DNA of 64,000 nt, from contig OX337229.1 of assembly GCA_946965045.2 (NCBI GenBank), positions 3,782,001 to 3,846,000 on the forward strand, written 5' to 3'. This document shows, in pieces, positions 58,191 to 64,000 of this stretch. Each line of letters starts with the position of its first letter. Positions within the stretch are counted from its first letter, which is position 1. The DNA comes from Epithemia pelagica. Lineage: Eukaryota > Protista > Bacillariophyta. Made by a program: the position numbers and the translations under genes. The notes beneath the pieces were generated by a model. The model was not told the DNA's origin. It was given only the letters and a program-made list of their open reading frames with translations, and searched no databases.

Positions 58191-58783
58191 ATGCCCACGA
58201 CGCAGAAGGCGAAAGATCAGAAAGCACCTTTAGGAGTTGGAACGAAATGCTACATACGACAAGGAGACAAGGGCATGTATTATTATTGAGGCCCTTGATT
58301 TGCAAAAGTGGCGTGTTGCTGTAGTAGACAGGCAAGGCAATCCTACTGACCAGATAGAAGAAGCCACGTCCAAGAGACTACGGAAAATAAAGAAAGATGA
58401 GCGCTTTCCTGGGGAACCCGTACCGGACCCAGATGAAACAGCCGTAAGCACAACCGCAGCCGCAACCGAGACCGTGGCCGTAACCGCAACCGCAACCGCA
58501 GCCGCAGCCGCAGCCGCAACAACAACCACAACCACAACCGCAGCCGCAGCCGCAGCCGCAACCGAGACCGCAACTGCAACCGCAACCGCAGCCGCAGCCG
58601 CAACAACAACCACAACCACAACCGCAGCCGCAGCCGCAACCGAGACCGCAACTGCAACCGCAACCGCAGCCGCAGCCGCAACAAGAACAACAACCACAAC
58701 CGCAACTGCAACTGCAACCGAGACCGTGGCCGCAACTGCAACGGAGACCGTGGCCGTAACCGCAACCGCAACCGAGGCCGCGG

Positions 58784-58815
<32 letters not shown>

Positions 58816-61589
58816 GGAGCTGAGCCACCCGTCACGGAAGCGAGTACAATTCACCCACCGATTTTGACAGATGTGGACCAAGACGAAGACGATCCGAACA
58901 TCATAGCGCAAGCTGCGGAAGCGGAGAATGTAGACCACGGGCCCCCAACCAATGAAGGCAATGCAAATGATGAAGAGGAAGGTGGTGCTGCTGTTATTGC
59001 CGAGGCAGCGGCCGCTGCCGCCGCCGATGAGGATGACTCGTCGGTTGCAGCAGCGGATAATGAAGCCGCTGAAGATCCAACGGAGCTTGATGCAGATCTT
59101 GAGAATGAGGGGGCTGAGCAAGCCAATGCAATGGCTCTCGGGGCCCTTGTTGAACAAGACGACGACATTCACCGTCAGAGATTCGCGGCCTATAGGGCTC
59201 GAAAACAGCATCTCATTACGTCCAACTGGAAAGTGACCATGAAACCTCCAAAGAAGAAAGGGATTGAGGTCGGGGATAGAGTTTCCGAGAGGGGTGCGAA
59301 TCCTCAATACGGGATAGTCATCAGCGGAAGAAAGGTTCCAAATGCTTCTCAAGGAAACCTGTGGACGGTGCATTTTGATGGAGATGAGGAAGCGACCATA
59401 GATATCAAGCATACCCAACTCCGAAAGCCCGACGACAACCGAACTTTCGTATGGAAGATTGTACGGGATTCGTCTCCCGATGAGTCAGTCACCGAATACC
59501 AAGAGGCTGTTGGAATTGTAGGCTTCGACTTTTTGGGGAAAATGGCTCCGTACGAAATTAGCGCAGATAATATTGAGTACAAGTACCCCTTTCTTGACTT
59601 GTTGCTTCATTTCTGGCCTGGTAAGTCAGCACTCTTTTTCTTGAATGCCCTTTAGTCCATGTCTCATTTTTCTATCGATTTGCTCATCCATTTCAGGAAA
59701 TTGGCGTGATCAGCTAAAAAACCTTAATTTATTCTTAGAGCGAACAAACCCTTCTCGCCATAAAAAGAAGAAGATTCGACCCGTGACAGAGAAAGAATGG
59801 TGGGTTGTATGGGGAGTGATCCTCTCTGCCAATCCCCTCAAAAAGGGAGGAAAGGCTCTTTTCCAGAAGCCTGAACAACGACGGCTGTCGTCCACAGTGA
59901 ATCTCGGCACAAAAGGCGAAAACTTTATTGCTGAGAGTCGGTTCATGGATATCAAAGAGCATCTCAGGCATGCCTTTGCGGGACGGGACTCCACTGACCC
60001 CTGGAATGAAATCCGTCCATTGATTGACGGCTTTAATCAGAATTGCCGAGGCGTAGTTGCAGCATCCGCGACACAAGTGCTTGATGAATGCATGAGTGCA
60101 TTTCAACCACGGACAACCAAGTCATCATTGTTGCCACATCTGTCTTATGTGGCACGGAAGCCCAAACCTCTTGGAACTGAATTCAAGGTGAGTAAATGGA
60201 GAAGAGGATATTTCCAGAAGCTTTGTTACTCACTGTGTGATATTCCCTTGACAGGTGACTGCAGACACTGCGACTGGGTGTCTGACCTTTCTTGAAATCC
60301 AAGAAGGCAGACTCCCGATGCGTGCGAAGAAGTATGTTGATGGTTTGGGAGTAACTGGAGCGACAACTCTGCGACTGATTGAGGGCTCGCAATACTCAGG
60401 GCAGCAATTAAATGGTCGCTATGAATCCCAACTCGATTCCAAGCGATGCCTCTATATCGGAGACTCTTGGTTTGGAAGTGTCAAGATGGCCGAGAACCTC
60501 AAGTGTACGTGGCACGAGCAGACGGAGGACGACGATGATGATGGTCTCGTGTATTACGTGGATAAGGAGAAAGGGGTCAACCCAGACGCCCACGAAGTGA
60601 TTGGTGCCGTCAAGACCGCCCACTCTTGGTTCCCCAAGGACGAACTTGAGAAGGAGATGAAGGACTTCCCATCCGGCGCCTATCTCGTCATGGAGTGCAC
60701 GGCACCTGAGACGGGAGTAAAGCTTGTTGGAATCGGATACAAGTACAACTCACGGAAGGTCCTCCTCTTTGTTATGACTAAAAATGCGGGGAAAACGACC
60801 CCGGGATCTCCGTACATTGCTCGATTTACCGATGAGTTCGGCAATGTCAAAAGCCGGAGAGTCGAACGGCCTGACTGTATTTCCCAGTACTTCAAGTGTG
60901 CGAATAAAATTGACCGTCACAATCATCTGCGTCAGGGCATCCTCCGTCTCGAGCAGTACTGGAGAACAGTTGATCCATGGTTTCGCATTGCGACAACGGT
61001 GTTCGGAATGACAGTGTCTGATTGTTACCTTGGCATGCGTTTTCATCTGCAAGCGGAACCATTCTCGAGCTTTACGATCGAAGACTTCGCGGATATGCTC
61101 GCAAACGACCTTTTGAGAAACAACTTTTCCGATGATCGCAGCAATCGAAAGGCGGGCATGTTACCAAACATCCCAGTGACACGTCGTCCGCCGCTTTCGG
61201 TACACACTGTTGGGCCCTCAGCTTCTGTGCCATCGAGCGTGCACAATGTGGGGGGGGGGGGGGGGGGGGGGAATGCATCTCCTAACTCCATGGTGTCTGA
61301 TCTGACCAATGATTCACTGGTTTGTCATGAGGTTGTGGAACAGGCAGAAAAGTCTTTATCTGACCAGCGGCCCGTGAAGCGCAAATGTGTTATTTGTAAA
61401 AATGACACGAGATCAATGTGCGGGCATCCAACATGCTGCAATATAATCAAGATGTTTCGTGGGGAAGCCAAAGTTGGAGTTCCTTTGTGTAAGCCCTCCA
61501 TGGGTATTCGTCGCGGGCAAGTGCGGACTTGCCTTGAAGAGCACATGTGCCGTGTTATTGCGGCAAGCCAAAAGGAAAACCACAACTGA
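58191..61589 (+). CDS. piggyBac-like transposase (DDE_Tnp_1_7 type), ~1084 aa if one extra base near 58271 is removed; introns 59621-59696 and 60188-60254
   Basis: VLDECM, RKPKPLGTEFK|VTAD, YIGDSWFGS, IGAVK and NKIDRHNH give the catalytic D/D/D. The C-terminal Cys-rich domain is CVIC...CGHPTC...PLC...CLEEH. Confidence 0.88.
58445..58815 (+). repeat. GCA/GCC/ACC/ACA codon-repeat tract (Ala/Thr-rich, with internal higher-order duplications)
   Basis: Repeated ACCGCAGCCGCAGCCGCAACAACAACCACA and ACCGAGACCG blocks. Confidence 0.9.
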
Positions 61590-61720
61590 TTTGTCCCGAA
61601 CATGAGAACCAGGTCGACTCTACATTGTTTAATGTCTTTGCATATTAATAAATTATGATTAGGAGCTTAGTAACATCGAAATCTTAGTACTCAAGTGTAA
61701 TATGCTATGGGATCCTACGA

Positions 61721-62263
61721 CTAATAGGTTCGAACGCTCTCCTGATGGGGCCACGTCTCTGTCGCTTTATCAAAAAGTGACATGAACGTAGCCATCCCAA
61801 CAACACTCATCCGCACAGTAATGACCATGGGCCCCATGGCCATCTTGGTATCCAAAGAATGAGCCGGCTCAATCGTGAGCTCTCCTTTGACAAGGGAACC
61901 ACTCTTGGAACGGAACTTCTTGGAGCGTATTTTCTTGTAGATCGATCCGACTGGGATGACGACATCAGGCATCAAATCATCCATCTTCTCCCGACCAAAT
62001 GCGCTAATTGATAGCATCCCACCGTTGCTCCCGTACTTGGAGCGCTGTAAAAGAACGACACCTCGATCCACCACAAGCGTCCCCTTTCCACCTTTCCCAT
62101 CACGAGCACGAGCGGCGTCTTGGACGTACACATTCACGCCCGCTTTGCCATAGATCGTTGCTCGGCTACCATGGAGCTGAATCTCGCTCCCGTCATCTTG
62201 CATCACGTTGAACCCATTTGCAAGGAGAAGTCTATTGCGCGATTCGTGCTCGTATTCCGACAT
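61721..62263 (-). CDS. Hypothetical 180-aa beta-rich cargo protein (probable ATG 62263)
   Basis: Open frame with alternating hydrophobic strands and a terminal helix. No confident family assignment. Confidence 0.55.
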   Translation of the reverse strand: MSEYEHESRNRLLLANGFNVMQDDGSEIQLHGSRATIYGKAGVNVYVQDAARARDGKGGKGTLVVDRGVVLLQRSKYGSNGGMLSISAFGREKMDDLMPDVVIPVGSIYKKIRSKKFRSKSGSLVKGELTIEPAHSLDTKMAMGPMVITVRMSVVGMATFMSLFDKATETWPHQESVRTY

Positions 62264-62752
62264 CGTCCTTCGTCCATCGTAAATGTAGAAAATATGAAGG
62301 GTGAGACGCGATGAGTCGCACAGTGCAAAACAAGTTTGAGATAGGCACTTATCTCTTTTCCTACTCCTTATTGGATTGTCAAATGAAAAGTCTTTAGTTA
62401 GAGGAGCTTGCCACTCAGATGGCCGATCAATTCTCTCCTCTCTGCACGAAAGGACGAACACGTCCGTGGTATCCAGTCGGCTTGCATAAAAATGCAGTTG
62501 TGGTTTGGGGGAAACGGTGGGGACTTTCTACAATTGCCACTCGGGATTAATTAAAACAACGTGACGATATGCTTAAGAAAAGTTCCATCCGTTGAAGCGC
62601 GTGCCCTCCACAATTTACAGCGCGACAAGATTTTAATGTGAGACGACTGGTCGATCATCAATCAAATAACAAGAGCAACCTTCCCATAAAGGCATAAAGG
62701 ACAGCAAGGAAAAGAAAACAGACGACAAAAGCAAGGACAAAGAAAGAAAGAC

Positions 62753-63265
62753 ATGTCGCTCTACATCGACAAGCGCCGTGTTAGTGCGAGGCTCCAAGGC
62801 CGTACGACCAAAAGTGTTGTCACAACTGGTGCATCCAAACCCACTATGCGCCCAACCCAAAAAGGTGCCCACAAGAACAACAAGAACAACAACAACGACA
62901 ACAATGCGAAAGCCGTAGATACGGAGAAGAAGAAGGAGATCTTGCTCGGGTGTGATGCAATTGGTGTGGAAATGAGTCGATCATCAATCCTCAAGATGAG
63001 AAACGATTTCCTGGAACATGGATCGAACGGAGGGAGCAACACTCCAGTGCGCCATTCCAAGATCAATTTTGCTGATGAGATCAGCCCCATCCCTGAAGAC
63101 AATCAGAAGCCTTCGTCCCGTTTATCCACCCTGAGCACCGCCTCCATACGTAGCCTCAAGAGTGCATCTTCCCGTGGAACTGCTGTAGACAGCGATCTTT
63201 CGTTCGACTTTGCCGAGACTCAACAAGATGACGGTGACTTCCTCTTCAACACCTATGGAAAATAA
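62753..63265 (+). CDS. Hypothetical 170-aa disordered cargo protein
   Basis: ATG ORF divergent from the 61721-62263 gene. Basic N-terminus with RRVSARLQ and a KINF motif. Confidence 0.5.
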   Translation: MSLYIDKRRVSARLQGRTTKSVVTTGASKPTMRPTQKGAHKNNKNNNNDNNAKAVDTEKKKEILLGCDAIGVEMSRSSILKMRNDFLEHGSNGGSNTPVRHSKINFADEISPIPEDNQKPSSRLSTLSTASIRSLKSASSRGTAVDSDLSFDFAETQQDDGDFLFNTYGK

Positions 63266-63344
63266 ATGATAGTTAAGCCTGTCAAGTATAGCAATGACGA
63301 TAAATATGGAAACATAAGCTTTAGAGTTGGATCATAGCGCGGCT

Positions 63345-64000
63345 TCGTCCATTGGTCCAAAATCCTTGTGCTCCGTAGCACGACGAATGATTGTCCATGG
63401 ATGATCGCCTCGATCATGAGGACCATGGCCCCTAAGCCGGATCTGAGACTTGTGTAACCTAACTTAGTCTCTATAGTAACAAGCAAAAAAGTAGGACGTC
63501 CAGAGGGACCATTGTCGAATATTGGCATGGCATCGTCCATTGGTCCAAAATCCTTGTGCTCCGTGGCACGACGAATGATTGTCCATGGATGATCGCCTCG
63601 ATCATGAGGACCATGGCCCCTACGCCGGATCTGAGACTTGTATAACCTAACTTAGTCTCTATAGTAAGGGGCAAAAAAGTAGGACGTCCAGAGGGACCAT
63701 TCTCGAATATTGGCATGGCATCGTCCATTGGTCCAAAATCCTTGTGCTTGGTGGCACAACGAATGATTGTCCATGGATGATCGCCTCGATCATGAGGACC
63801 ATGGCCCCTACGCCGGATCTGAGACTTGTATAACCTAACTTAGTCTCTATAGTAACGGTCAAAGAAGTAGGACGTCTGGAGCGGCCGTATCCATGGAGCC
63901 GGGTCTCGTCATCCTTTGGTCAAAAACTCGTGTTGTGTGTGATGCTTCGAAAAGAAGCGTCCATCGATGGATGGCCTTTTCTCAATGGCCATATCACCGA
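63345..64000 (-). repeat. Right tandem array, inverted relative to the left array: three type-B units then type A, cut by the window edge
   Basis: CGTCCATTGGTCCAAAATCC at 63346, 63534 and 63722 (period 188). From about 63860 the sequence is the reverse complement of the left A/B junction and type A. Confidence 0.95.

Larger units (their letters stand above)
51435..64000. mobile_element. Putative giant cargo-carrying piggyBac-like transposon (>12.5 kb; right end outside window)
   Basis: Inverted 188-190-bp repeat arrays at both ends, a TTAA|CC candidate left end, an internal piggyBac-type transposase and four cargo ORFs. Confidence 0.7.

Overview
Eukaryotic, gene-dense window, most likely from a diatom. 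This is inferred from short GT-AG introns, signal peptide plus 'A|F' bipartite plastid presequences on NIT2, HemD and ArgA, and the gene content. Bases 1-51 kb hold about 21 housekeeping genes, including a tail-to-tail golgin-84 paralog pair, a bacterial-type AcuI/YhdH reductase and RPB10 (absent from the ORF track). They also hold a nest of three inverted-repeat non-autonomous elements next to ilvA (7.65-10.8 kb) and a degraded DD39D mariner (17.1-18.6 kb). The main discovery is at about 51.4 kb to past the window end: a putative >12.5-kb cargo-carrying piggyBac-like transposon. It is bracketed by inverted arrays of 188-190-bp tandem repeats, has a candidate TTAA left end, and encodes a spliced transposase with intact D/D/D motifs and two Tudor-like N-terminal repeats. 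A divergent gene fuses a SET domain to a 2OG-Fe(II) dioxygenase-like domain. Three small ORFs lie within it: one is acidic with an NLS and SUMO-interacting-like motif, one has HMGN-like and PP1-docking-like motifs, and one is uncharacterised. Together these suggest a transposon carrying its own chromatin reader/writer/eraser toolkit. This copy has one frameshift and one in-frame stop. Domain calls are by eye and no database searches were run.
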